Shown here: piece by piece, positions 54,987 to 64,000 of the stretch
Layout of the letters: the number at the start of each line of letters is the position of its first letter
Position numbering within the stretch: position 1 is the stretch's first letter
From: an uncultured Planctomycetota bacterium
GTDB lineage: Bacteria; Planctomycetota; Planctomycetia; Isosphaerales; Isosphaeraceae
Length of the DNA: 64,000 nucleotides
Direction of reading: 5' to 3'
Assembly: GCA_963823665.1 (NCBI GenBank)
Contig: CAWGMQ010000005.1
Location: forward strand, 704,001 to 768,000
Translations under genes and position numbers: made by a program
Notes under the pieces: model-generated
What the model was told of the DNA's origin: nothing
Seen by the model: only the letters and a program-made list of their open reading frames with translations
Database searches by the model: none

Positions 54987-56059
54987 CGGGCGGACCGATG
55001 CGGTCCTGTGCGCGTTTCGTTTGACGGTGCGCCTTCCTTGCCGACGTCCGTGCCCTTCTTGGCGTCGGGCCGACTGGACTGCTTCCGTTCAGGCTTGGGC
55101 TGCGCTCTGCGCGTCAGGAGGTGGAGGTCGAAATCGGGGCCGAACAACGCGCTGAGCCGCCGTTGCTGGGGCGGGGTGAGCACCCTGGTAAGCAGCGCAT
55201 CGGTGGTCTGCTCGAATCGATCGAGCTCCTCCCCTCGCACCTTCGCCCGTTTGTTGCTTTCCGCGAGCACGCGCAGATCCTGGTCGTTGAGCGTCTCATG
55301 ATTCTGATGCTTCTTGACCACGCGACTCCATTCGGCGAGTCGTGCCTGGGCTTCCGGAGTGGCGCGTTCAGCAGCCTGCGCCGCTTCGACCTCCGCCTCA
55401 CGTTCTGCCAGAATCCCGTGGAATTGCGCGATTTGTTCTTTTGTCATGCCGACATTTTCGGCGACATCAGGACGAGTAACCGCGCGGATTCCCTCCTGGC
55501 GGAGCATGATCTGGACCAGTCGCTCGTTCTGGGCCGGTGTGAGCAGCGCCCGGACCGACTCGTCGCACGCCTCGGTGGCCCTGGCCTGACGATTCGTGGC
55601 CACGGCCAGCTCCCGTTGGGCCTTGCCAAACTGCCTTGGGTCTCCCGATTGCACGGCCCGCTCGAGAGCCAACCGGGCATTGCGGAGCGACACGTGGATT
55701 TGCCCGATTTCTCCGACGCTGACGACCAGGTGTTCGGCGTCGAGGATCACCTGGCGCTGCTTGGTCGAGATCTTCAACTCCTCGCAGACGGCCGGGACGA
55801 GCACTAACTCCGAGATGGAGCCACTCGCGACGTACTGACGTCGCGGGATTGGCTGGTCTCGCCCGGTTTGGCTGGCGGCGGTACCAGCCTTGTTTTCTTG
55901 ACCGAGCGCCCTACACGACTGGGCCTCGACTGCGATGAGCGCGCACCACATCGAGACGATTGCGAGGCCCCTCGAGACTACCACGACTGTTCCCTCCACG
56001 ATCTTGCAAACAATGTGAAGTGAAGGGCGCACGTCATCAGTGCCGGCCCGTTGAGCCAT
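54977..56059 (-). CDS. Secreted helical protein with LTxxQ (Spy/CpxP-like) motifs; start uncertain
   Basis: LLTPAQNERLVQI, VGMTKEQ and VLTPPQQRRL motifs. Confidence 0.65.
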   Translation of the reverse strand: MAQRAGTDDVRPSLHIVCKIVEGTVVVVSRGLAIVSMWCALIAVEAQSCRALGQENKAGTAASQTGRDQPIPRRQYVASGSISELVLVPAVCEELKISTKQRQVILDAEHLVVSVGEIGQIHVSLRNARLALERAVQSGDPRQFGKAQRELAVATNRQARATEACDESVRALLTPAQNERLVQIMLRQEGIRAVTRPDVAENVGMTKEQIAQFHGILAEREAEVEAAQAAERATPEAQARLAEWSRVVKKHQNHETLNDQDLRVLAESNKRAKVRGEELDRFEQTTDALLTRVLTPPQQRRLSALFGPDFDLHLLTRRAQPKPERKQSSRPDAKKGTDVGKEGAPSNETRTGPHRSARHA

Positions 56060-57069
56060 CGAACGTCAAGCCCGCGGGTCCCAATCGTACCATACCCGGC
56101 GGCCCGGTAGTGCAGTCGGCGCGGCTGTATGGCCGGGGCTTTGTGCGACGGTGCGCAGATGCTGAGGGAATTATCTTCCGCAACCGATCTAGTCGGTGGA
56201 ACCCGGAAACTTTCTGGAGATTTCCTGGTCGAAAGGCGGCGGAATCCGCAAAGTCGCCGCATATTCTCAGTGAGGGAGTGCGCTCTGTGGCGGCGTGTTG
56301 TGACGGGATGAACGCCGGCCCACGGCGCCGCGGGCGCTCTCGAGCTACATCCGCGGGCCGGAGGAATTCGCTCATTAACGAGGGCGTGACCTCGATCGGC
56401 AACATGAGGGGATAGAACATTGACAACCTCAGGCAGTGACAGCGCTGGTCGAAGTTTTGTTCCGGCGTGGGCGGACACCCGTGTGCGCGTGGCTGGCGAC
56501 GGGGCCTTTGGCGTCAACCGTCCCCGGAGCGCCGTCGGAGTGTGGCGGAAGATCTGCTGGGTTGTCCGAGTCGGAACGAGTTCAGGATCCCCGCCGATTT
56601 TCACTAGTGTACTGATGCTTGAACCCCGTCCAAGTATTGCCACTTTTTGCCACTTTGCGAGGCAAAGTATTGCCATTAGACGATCCGAGAGCTGCTCCGC
56701 AAGTTGAATCAGAGTCATGGGATCGAAAATACATTCGTTGGTCTTCTCGGCGTGAACAACCGAGTGGCAAATGCCATCGGAAATTGCCATCGGAAAACTC
56801 TGATGTGTACACTATGGCCAAACGGAAAAAAAGAGGTCGTTGTGTTAATCTTCAACGGTTGGCGCCGAGACAGCCGGCGTGGGCGAACTGGAGCGTCGAG
56901 GCTTGCGTATCACTAAGCAACCGGGTTTATCTATTAGTCTGCCCGGAGAGACCGCGTGGCTGATCGATCGATTGATCGCCGAAGTAGCCGGGAGTTCCTG
57001 GTCGGGGAGCTGGCGAGGGCTTCACTCGAATGAGTTGAAAATCAAGCGTGGAGGAGACGATCGGACGAC

Positions 57070-58059
57070 ATGAGCGTTGACATCCAAAAGATCAAGGAGC
57101 AGGTACTCAAGTATTCGGACCAGCTCGAGCGGGTGAAATCGGAGGTACGCAAGGTTCTCGTCGGGCAGGACGCGATGCTTTCGCGGCTGATGATTGCTCT
57201 CTTGACCGGGGGGCACGTGTTGCTCGAGGGGGTGCCGGGCCTGGCCAAGACCACCACGATCAAGGCGCTTGCCTCGGCGATTCATTGCAAATTCAACCGC
57301 ATTCAGTTCACGCCCGACCTGCTGCCGGCGGACCTGATCGGCACGCTCATCTATAACCCGCGGGAAGGTATCTTCAGCACGCGGAAGGGGCCGATCTTCG
57401 CGAACCTCATCCTGGCTGATGAGATCAACCGTGCTCCATCGAAGGTTCAGTCGGCACTGCTGGAGGCGATGCAGGAGCATCAGGTGACCATTGGCGATGA
57501 GACTTACAAGCTCGAGGAGCCGTTTCTGGTGCTGGCCACGCAGAATCCGATCGAGCAGGAGGGAACTTACCCGCTGCCGGAAGCGCAGGTCGATCGGTTC
57601 ATGCTGAAGGTGGTGATCGGGTATCCCAGCATGAGCGACGAGCGCAAGGTTGTGGATTCGGTGCTTGATGACCTGAGGCGCGAAGTGCAGCCGGTGCTCG
57701 ATCCGGGACAACTCGCCGAGATGAAACGAACGGCCGCCACGATCTATCTCGACGACAAGGTGAAGGACTACGTTCTGGACCTGGTTTCCGCAACCCGGTA
57801 TCCCGAGAAGTACAAGCTGAGCGAGTTGAAGCCGCTCATCGAGTATGGGGCGTCGCCGAGGGCGTCGATCAACCTCTGCCTGGCCGCGCGCGCCAATGCG
57901 TTTCTGGTCGGGCGCGGGTATGTCACCCCGCAGGATGTGAAGGACGTGGCGCTCGACATTTTGCGGCATCGAGTGATTCTGACTTATGAGGCCGAAGCCG
58001 AGGAGACCACGTCTGACGACGTCGTCCGCAAGGTGCTGGAATCGGTACCCGTGCCCTGA
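57070..58059 (+). CDS. moxR: MoxR family AAA+ ATPase
   Basis: GHVLLEGVPGLAKT, RIQFTPDLLPAD, LADEINRA and ATQNPIEQEGTYPLPEAQVDRF. Confidence 0.96.
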   Translation: MSVDIQKIKEQVLKYSDQLERVKSEVRKVLVGQDAMLSRLMIALLTGGHVLLEGVPGLAKTTTIKALASAIHCKFNRIQFTPDLLPADLIGTLIYNPREGIFSTRKGPIFANLILADEINRAPSKVQSALLEAMQEHQVTIGDETYKLEEPFLVLATQNPIEQEGTYPLPEAQVDRFMLKVVIGYPSMSDERKVVDSVLDDLRREVQPVLDPGQLAEMKRTAATIYLDDKVKDYVLDLVSATRYPEKYKLSELKPLIEYGASPRASINLCLAARANAFLVGRGYVTPQDVKDVALDILRHRVILTYEAEAEETTSDDVVRKVLESVPVP

Positions 58060-58087
58060 GATGACATGACTTCACACACAGAGTGCC

Positions 58088-58972
58088 ATGGCGACTCGAC
58101 AACTTGAAGACGTGTTGAAAGAAGTGCGGCGCATCCAGATCGTGGCGCGGCGGCAGGTGAACGACCTGCTGGCGGGCGAGTATCTCAGCGTCTTCAAGGG
58201 ACGCGGGATGGAGTTCGACGCGGTGCGCGAGTACGTACCCGGCGATGAGATCCGCAGCATCGACTGGAACGTCACCGCGCGGACAGGCTCGCCTTATATC
58301 AAGACATTTTGCGAAGAACGCGAGCTCACGGTGCTGCTGGCGGTGGACATCTCGGCGTCGGGCTCGTTTGGCTCATGCCGGCTGAGCAAGATGGAGACGG
58401 CCGTGGAAGTGGCGGCCGTGCTCATGTTCACGGCGCTCAAGAACAACGACAAGGTCGGCCTGCTGTTTTTCACCGATGACGTCGTGAAGTACATTCCGCC
58501 ACGCAAGGGGCGGGCCAATGTACTCAGGCTGATTCGCGAGCTGCTGGCGACCGAGCCGGTCAAGGCGCAGACAGATATTTCCAAGGCACTCGAGTTTCTG
58601 GGGCGCGTGCAGCGGCGGCGGTGCGTCGTGTTCGTGATGAGCGATTTTCTGGGACCGGATTGCTCGCGCGCGCTGGCTATTGCCAACCAGCGGCATGATT
58701 GTATTGCCGTCACGATGGAGGACCCGCGCGAATCGAGCCTTCCCGACGTGGGGTTCCTGACCTTGCGCGACGCCGAGACGGACGAGCTGGTGGATCTGGA
58801 TACGCGGCACCCGAAAGTGCGGGCGCTGTTTGCGAAGACGGCCCGCGAACGGGAACAGAGGCTGGCCGGCTGGCTGCGACGGGCAAATGTTGACCGGCTT
58901 GAGATTCGCACGGATCGGCCTTATGCCAATAGCTTGCAGAAGTTCTTTCGAATGCGGGAGCGGCAACGATGA
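58088..58972 (+). CDS. DUF58 domain protein
   Basis: GRGMEFDAVREYVPGDEIRSIDWNVTAR, VDISAS and MSDF. Confidence 0.93.
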   Translation: MATRQLEDVLKEVRRIQIVARRQVNDLLAGEYLSVFKGRGMEFDAVREYVPGDEIRSIDWNVTARTGSPYIKTFCEERELTVLLAVDISASGSFGSCRLSKMETAVEVAAVLMFTALKNNDKVGLLFFTDDVVKYIPPRKGRANVLRLIRELLATEPVKAQTDISKALEFLGRVQRRRCVVFVMSDFLGPDCSRALAIANQRHDCIAVTMEDPRESSLPDVGFLTLRDAETDELVDLDTRHPKVRALFAKTAREREQRLAGWLRRANVDRLEIRTDRPYANSLQKFFRMRERQR

Positions 58973-60261
58973 GGGGGGGTATCGGGAGGACGGAGGGCGG
59001 AGGACTGGGGGCGGCGATGGTGATCGGTTGGGGTTGCGCGGTCGAGAGATGTGGCGGCTACGGGTTTGGCTGCACCCCCCCTGGCCCCCCCTTTGCAAGG
59101 GGGGGAAAGGTGGGCGCGGGGTCTCCGCTTGCGCCCGGCGCGTCTTTCGGATCACTGGCGGGTGACGCCTTTCACCCCCCTTGCCCCCCCTTTGCAAGGG
59201 GGAGAAAGGTTGGGGTATTTGCAAGGGGGCGAAAGCGGCGGCTGTTGGCGGTCTGCGTTCTCAGTGGCGCTGTCGCTCTAGCCGGGTGCGGGGGGATGGG
59301 GCGGAAAGGGGGCGATTCCGGTGCATCGACCGGCAACGCAATCGAGCGGAGCGCTCGGAAGGGGCCGGTGAAGCTTTCGGTGCGGGTGACTCCGCGCGAG
59401 CCGCGGCTTTCGGATCTGGTGGAGATGGACGTGACGGTCGAGGGGCAGGCCAACGTCGAGATCAAACCGCCGGCGTTCGGGCAGGCGGTGGGCGATTTTC
59501 TCATTCGCGATTATACGGAGCGGCGGGCGGAACCGGGGGCCCCGAACACTCGCCGATTCCACTACGAGCTCGAGCCTGCGCACGCCGGCAAGCACCTGAT
59601 TCGCTCGGTGTCGATTGAGTTCGTGGACAAGAGGGCCAATTCGGAAGCGAAGGCGGAGCCGGTGTTGATCGAGACCGAGCCACTGGAGGTAAATGTCACA
59701 TCGGAGCTGGGTAATGAAGCCCCGAGCCTGGCGAATCTGGAACCGATGGTGCCGCCGCAATCGGTTCCGCAGGTCTCGGCGACGGCGTGGGTGATCGCGG
59801 CGGTGGCGGCCGGGGTGCTGGCGATCGTGGGCGGCGTGCTGCTGTTCCGCCGGCGCAAGCGGCGGGTGGCCGAGGCACCGCGGCTTTCGCCTGAAGAGAT
59901 CGCACGGCAGGCGCTGGCGCTTCTGCTCTCGGAGAACCTGCCGGGGCGGGGGCTCTTCAAGGAGTTTTATTTGCGGCTTACGGGGATCGTGCGGCAGTAT
60001 GTTGAAGACACGACGGGCATGCGGGCGCCCGAGCAGACAACCGAGGAATTCTTGCGCGACATGCGCTCCCGGCAGGCGTTTTCGCGCGAGCGGGGCATCC
60101 GGCTGGCGGAGTTTCTGGAAGCGGCTGACTTGATCAAGTATGCCGGGCAAACACCTGACGAAGGCCAGATCGAGGAAGCCATTGCGCGGGCACATGAGTT
60201 TGTGGGCCTGGAGCCGGCGCGCGAGGCGGCGATGGCCGGCGCGGCCGCGAACTCAGCCTGA
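58969..60261 (+). CDS. Bat-operon accessory membrane protein (BatD/DUF4381-like) with palindromic repeats in its 5' region
   Basis: Ig-like domain, a TM followed by RRRKRR, and FYLRLTGIVRQYVE...EQTTEEFL...ADLIKYA. Confidence 0.75.
   Translation: MRGGIGRTEGGGLGAAMVIGWGCAVERCGGYGFGCTPPGPPFARGGKVGAGSPLAPGASFGSLAGDAFHPPCPPFARGRKVGVFARGRKRRLLAVCVLSGAVALAGCGGMGRKGGDSGASTGNAIERSARKGPVKLSVRVTPREPRLSDLVEMDVTVEGQANVEIKPPAFGQAVGDFLIRDYTERRAEPGAPNTRRFHYELEPAHAGKHLIRSVSIEFVDKRANSEAKAEPVLIETEPLEVNVTSELGNEAPSLANLEPMVPPQSVPQVSATAWVIAAVAAGVLAIVGGVLLFRRRKRRVAEAPRLSPEEIARQALALLLSENLPGRGLFKEFYLRLTGIVRQYVEDTTGMRAPEQTTEEFLRDMRSRQAFSRERGIRLAEFLEAADLIKYAGQTPDEGQIEEAIARAHEFVGLEPAREAAMAGAAANSA
59073..59236. repeat. 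Palindromic CCCCCCTTTGCAAGGGGG repeats (2 full + 1 partial) inside an ORF
   Basis: Copies start at 59073 and 59173, 100 bp apart, with a partial copy near 59218. Confidence 0.8.
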
Positions 60262-60290
60262 GTGGAACCAAGAGGAGGAAGATCGAATCC

Positions 60291-61366
60291 GTGAATACGC
60301 TTCGTCTTTATTCTATGTTCTGGCTGCTGGTGGCGCCTGTCGCGCTCGCTGCTCTGTGGTGGCGATTTCGTTCGCGGACGCGGGCGGCCGCGGTTTTTTC
60401 GAGCGTGGCTGATCTCAAGGATCTGCCGGTCACGACGGCGCAGCGCGTGAGGCACTTCTTGCCCTATGTGTATGGACTGGGCTTGTGCCTGGTGGTCGCC
60501 GCGCTCGCACGGCCGCAGGCGAGCAAGGCGGAATCGCGGATCTCGGGCGAGGGGATTGCGATCGAGATCGTGCTCGACGTGTCCGGGTCGATGGAAGCGC
60601 TCGACTTCCAGCTCGAGGGCCACGACGTGAGCCGGCTGACGGCGGTGAAGCACGTGGTCAAGGAGTTTGTGCTGGGCTCGCGCGCGATGGGACTGGCGGG
60701 CCGGACGGATGATCTTGTCGGGCTGGTTGCCTTCGGGGGATTTGCCGACAGCAAGTGTCCGCTCACGCTCGATCATGGCGCGCTTGCGGACATTGTAGCG
60801 GGGCTCGAGACGCCCAAGCCCGTGCGCGACAGTCAGGGGCGGATGATCAACGCCGAGGCACTGCGCGAGGAGATGGCGACGGCAATCGGCGACGGCGTGG
60901 CGGTGGGCGTGGACCGGCTGCGCGGGCGCGGGCCAAGAGCAAGGTGCTCGTGCTGCTGACCGACGGCGACAACAACGCGGGGGTGGTCGAGCCGCGCGAG
61001 TCGGCGCAGATCGCGGCGGATTCTGGAATCCGGGTGTACACAATCGGCATCGGGCATAGCGGCACCGTGCCGATTCCGCAGGAAGACGAGTTTGGAAACA
61101 AGGTGCTCGTTCCGGCGCAGTTTCGGATCGACGAAGAGTTGTTGCGCGATATGGCCAAGACCGGGCGCGGGGAGTATTTTCACGCGGAGGACACCGAGGG
61201 CCTCGTCCAGGTTTATGCTCAGATCGATAAGCTGGAGAAATCGAAGTTCGAGGAAACGAAGTATTCCGAATATACTGAGCTGTTTCCGTGGTTCGCCGGA
61301 ACAGGTCTGGCGCTCATACTTCTGGTCGGCGTGCTCGCGGAAACGCGGTTTCGCTCGTTGCCGTAA
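60291..61366 (+). CDS. batA: BatA-like VWA domain protein, frameshift near 60930
   Basis: ALARPQ, DVSGSM MIDAS, PLTLDH, TAIGDG, LLTDGDNNAG and VYTIGIG. Confidence 0.85.
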
Positions 61367-61388
61367 AGAAAAGAGGACCGATCACCAA

Positions 61389-64000
61389 ATGGACTGGAAA
61401 TGGCAGCATCCGGGATGGCTGTATCTGATCTTGCCGATGGCGGCGGGATGGCTCTTGCTGTCGCTTTACTCGCGGCGGCGCCGGCAACGGGCGGCCGACG
61501 CGTTTGTGGCGCAGGCGATGCGGTCGCGGATCTTGCCGGCGGATTCGCGGGCGAGATTCTGGTTCAAGCTCTTGTTTCGCGAGACTGCGATTGTGACGGG
61601 CCTGGCTGCGCTTGCCGGCCCGCAGTTCGGCAATCAGGTCGAGGAAGTCGTTCCGCGCGGGAGCGACCTTTACGTGCTGATCGACGTGTCGCGGTCGATG
61701 CTCGCCCAGGATGTGCCACCCAGCAGGCTTGGACGTGCCAAGGCCGACGTGGCGGCGCTTCTGAACCGGCTGGAAGGGGAGCGGGTGGGGCTGATCGCGT
61801 TTGCGGGGCAAGCGGTGGTGAAATGCCCGCTCACCGTGGACTACGACGCCTTTCGCCGATCGCTTGACGAGCTGGACCCGGGGAGCGCTCTGCGCGGTGG
61901 AACGGCGATCGGCGACGCGATTCGCAAGGCACTCGAAGTGTTTCATGCCAAAACGGAGCGCGATCAGGCGATTCTCTTGATCACCGACGGCGATGACCAG
62001 CAGTCGTATCCGCTCGAGGCGGCGGCGACGGCCGCCGAGCGGCACGTGACGATTTTCACTGTCGGCCTGGGGGATGCGACTCAGGGCGCTCGGATACCGC
62101 AGGGGGCTGCGTCGAAATCATACGTTGAATACGAAGGCCAGCAGGTGTGGAGCAAGCTGGACGGGACGCTGCTCAAGGACATTGCGCTCAAGACGTCGGG
62201 CGTGTATGTCCCGGTGGGAACGCGTGCATACGATCTGGGCGAGCTGTACACGAATCATCTTCACGGCCGCGGCGGCGACGACACGGAAAGTCGTACCAGG
62301 ATTCGCCGTGCCGAGCGGTTTCAGATCTTCCTGGCGCTTTCGCTGTTGGCGCTCTTTGCCGATCTGTTTACTCGGCCCTATTCGGTTGTGAAGACGGCTG
62401 GGGCGCAGGGGCTCGAGGGGCGCCCGGCCGTGCGCGGACGAACCGCGGCGAAAACACACGAGACCGCCCTGCCCTTCGCCGGGGCTATCGCTGTGTGTGT
62501 CTTGCTCACGGGAATCAGCCGGGCTGATAAACCGGACGCGGCGGTTCGGGATGGGTTGCGGCTGTATCGCGCGGATGATTTTGATAAGGCGCGGGAGAGG
62601 TTCGCGCAGGCCCGCGAGCAATTCGGGCGCAGCGATGCTGGCAAGTCGGCGATTGCGGCTTTTGACGAAGCGTGTGCATCACATCGCAAGGGGGACGTGG
62701 CGCACGCGCGCGAATGCTACTTGCAAGCCGGGCTGGCACACGAGAAGTCGCTGGCGGCGGCGGCGCACTTCAACCTCGGGACTCTGGCTTCGGAGGAGGC
62801 GCGCAAGCTGGCGGGTGAGCATCCCGAGACCGTGGCACCCGAGAAGCGGCAGGAGATTGTCGATCAGCTCAAGGCGGCGGCGGCCTCATTTCGTCATAGT
62901 TTGGAGCTGCAGCCGGAGAACTCGCGCGCCCGGCGCGACATCGAGCTGGTGCGACAATGGATAAAGTACTACGGCGACAAGTGGCAGGCTTACGATCGAG
63001 AGAAGAGACGCCGGGAGACGAACCTCGTTGCCTTTCTCGAATTCTTGATTGAAACACAGCGTGCTTTGCGCGAATCAGCGAAGTCGCTGCCGGGAACGGC
63101 CACCGCGGACGCGTTTGCTGAGCTGAAGCGCGTACAGGACGAGCTTCAGGAGGAGATCTTGCCGCTCAAGGAGAAGATCAAGGCCGAGTTGCAGCCCGCT
63201 CAGGGCGGGACCGGCGCGGGGCGCAGGGTGGGTCGCAGGAGCTCGAGAAGGGGATTGCGCTCTTGCAGGGGTGGGCCGACGCCGCGGGCGAGAAGATGCA
63301 TTCAGCGGGAAGCAAGCTTCTGTCGCGGCTAGCGGAAGCCGCCGCGACGGACCAGCAGTCGGCGATTGAGGAGCTGGAACGAATCTGGGATGCGGTGATT
63401 CCGTTCCATCCGCTCCTGGCGCGAGATCTGGCCGATCAGACGCAGATCGCCGGCGCGCTACAAGGGGCGGCTGCACCCGAATCGAAAGACGCGGACGAGA
63501 AGGCCGCGAAGAAAAAGGCGCCGGATCGTGAGAAGAGCGGTACTGGATCGGAGAATGCTCAAGCGAGTGGCGGCCGTCCGGTGCTCGGCGCCGACAATGA
63601 AGATCTGGCGCGACTCGCTGAAACACAGGATCGCACACAGCGCCGGACGCAACTGCTCAAGCTCAAGGCCGAGGCGGAGCTCGCGCGGCTCAAGGAGCAG
63701 CCGGCGGCGGTCGCACCGAAGGAGGCTGACAAGCCGAGCACTGGTAAAGACAGCTCGAAGGACGCGCCGGACGAGAAGCCAAAAGCTGTTGATCCCGAGA
63801 CGATCAAGGCGGGCTATGAGAAAGCGATCGAGCTAGCACCCAAGGCGGCCGGGCAGATGGAGCGAGCGGCGAAAGCGCTTAAACTGAAGGACCGCGCTGC
63901 GGCCTACCCGCCGGCTGAGGAGGCGCGGAAGATCCTTGAGGAACTACAGAAAGCACAGCCGCCCGACGAGCAGCCGAAACAGGATCAGCAGAACCAGGAC
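61389..64000 (+). CDS. BatB-like VWA domain fused to TPR/helical (BatC-like) regions; frameshift(s) near 63230; runs off the window
   Basis: DVSRSMLAQDVPPSRL, GLIAFAG, GTAIGDAI, LITDGDD and AHFNLG. An acidic helical C-terminal region continues to the window end. Confidence 0.8.

Noticed and set aside
55978..57073. ORFs in the gap upstream of moxR (for example 55978-56790)
   Set aside because: They have atypical composition, no motifs or RBS, and overlap each other. The region is treated as non-coding.

Overview
High-GC bacterial DNA, very probably from a planctomycete of the Isosphaeraceae/Singulisphaera type. Supporting signs are a DUF1549/DUF1553 + DUF1501 pair, a giant protein with the 'ESLEDRRLLA' signal, FG-GAP proteins, a sulfatase and a MoxR-Bat operon. 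About 15 unrelated genes carry small frameshifts, most simply explained as long-read assembly error. Content in order: a CehA/McbA-like metallohydrolase missed by the ORF track; a catabolic/uptake operon (DUF1549/1553, DUF1501, Ldh_2, SSS transporter, SDR, GH5); small accessory genes including a SMI1/KNR4-like protein; hydrolases; AraC plus an unannotated 44-aa Cys-rich protein; MATE, ThuA and a metallophosphoesterase; tandem paralogs; an ABC exporter; an arylsulfatase; a repeat adhesin-like protein with a 177-aa period; an accessory region (about 41.6-45 kb) with a ParB-like + PD-(D/E)XK nuclease pair and HNH relics; a Panacea antitoxin with a doubly inactivated toxin partner; and a MoxR/DUF58/BatA/BatB operon. 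I saw no rRNA, tRNA, CRISPR array or intact transposase. All family calls come from motif recognition by eye, not database searches.
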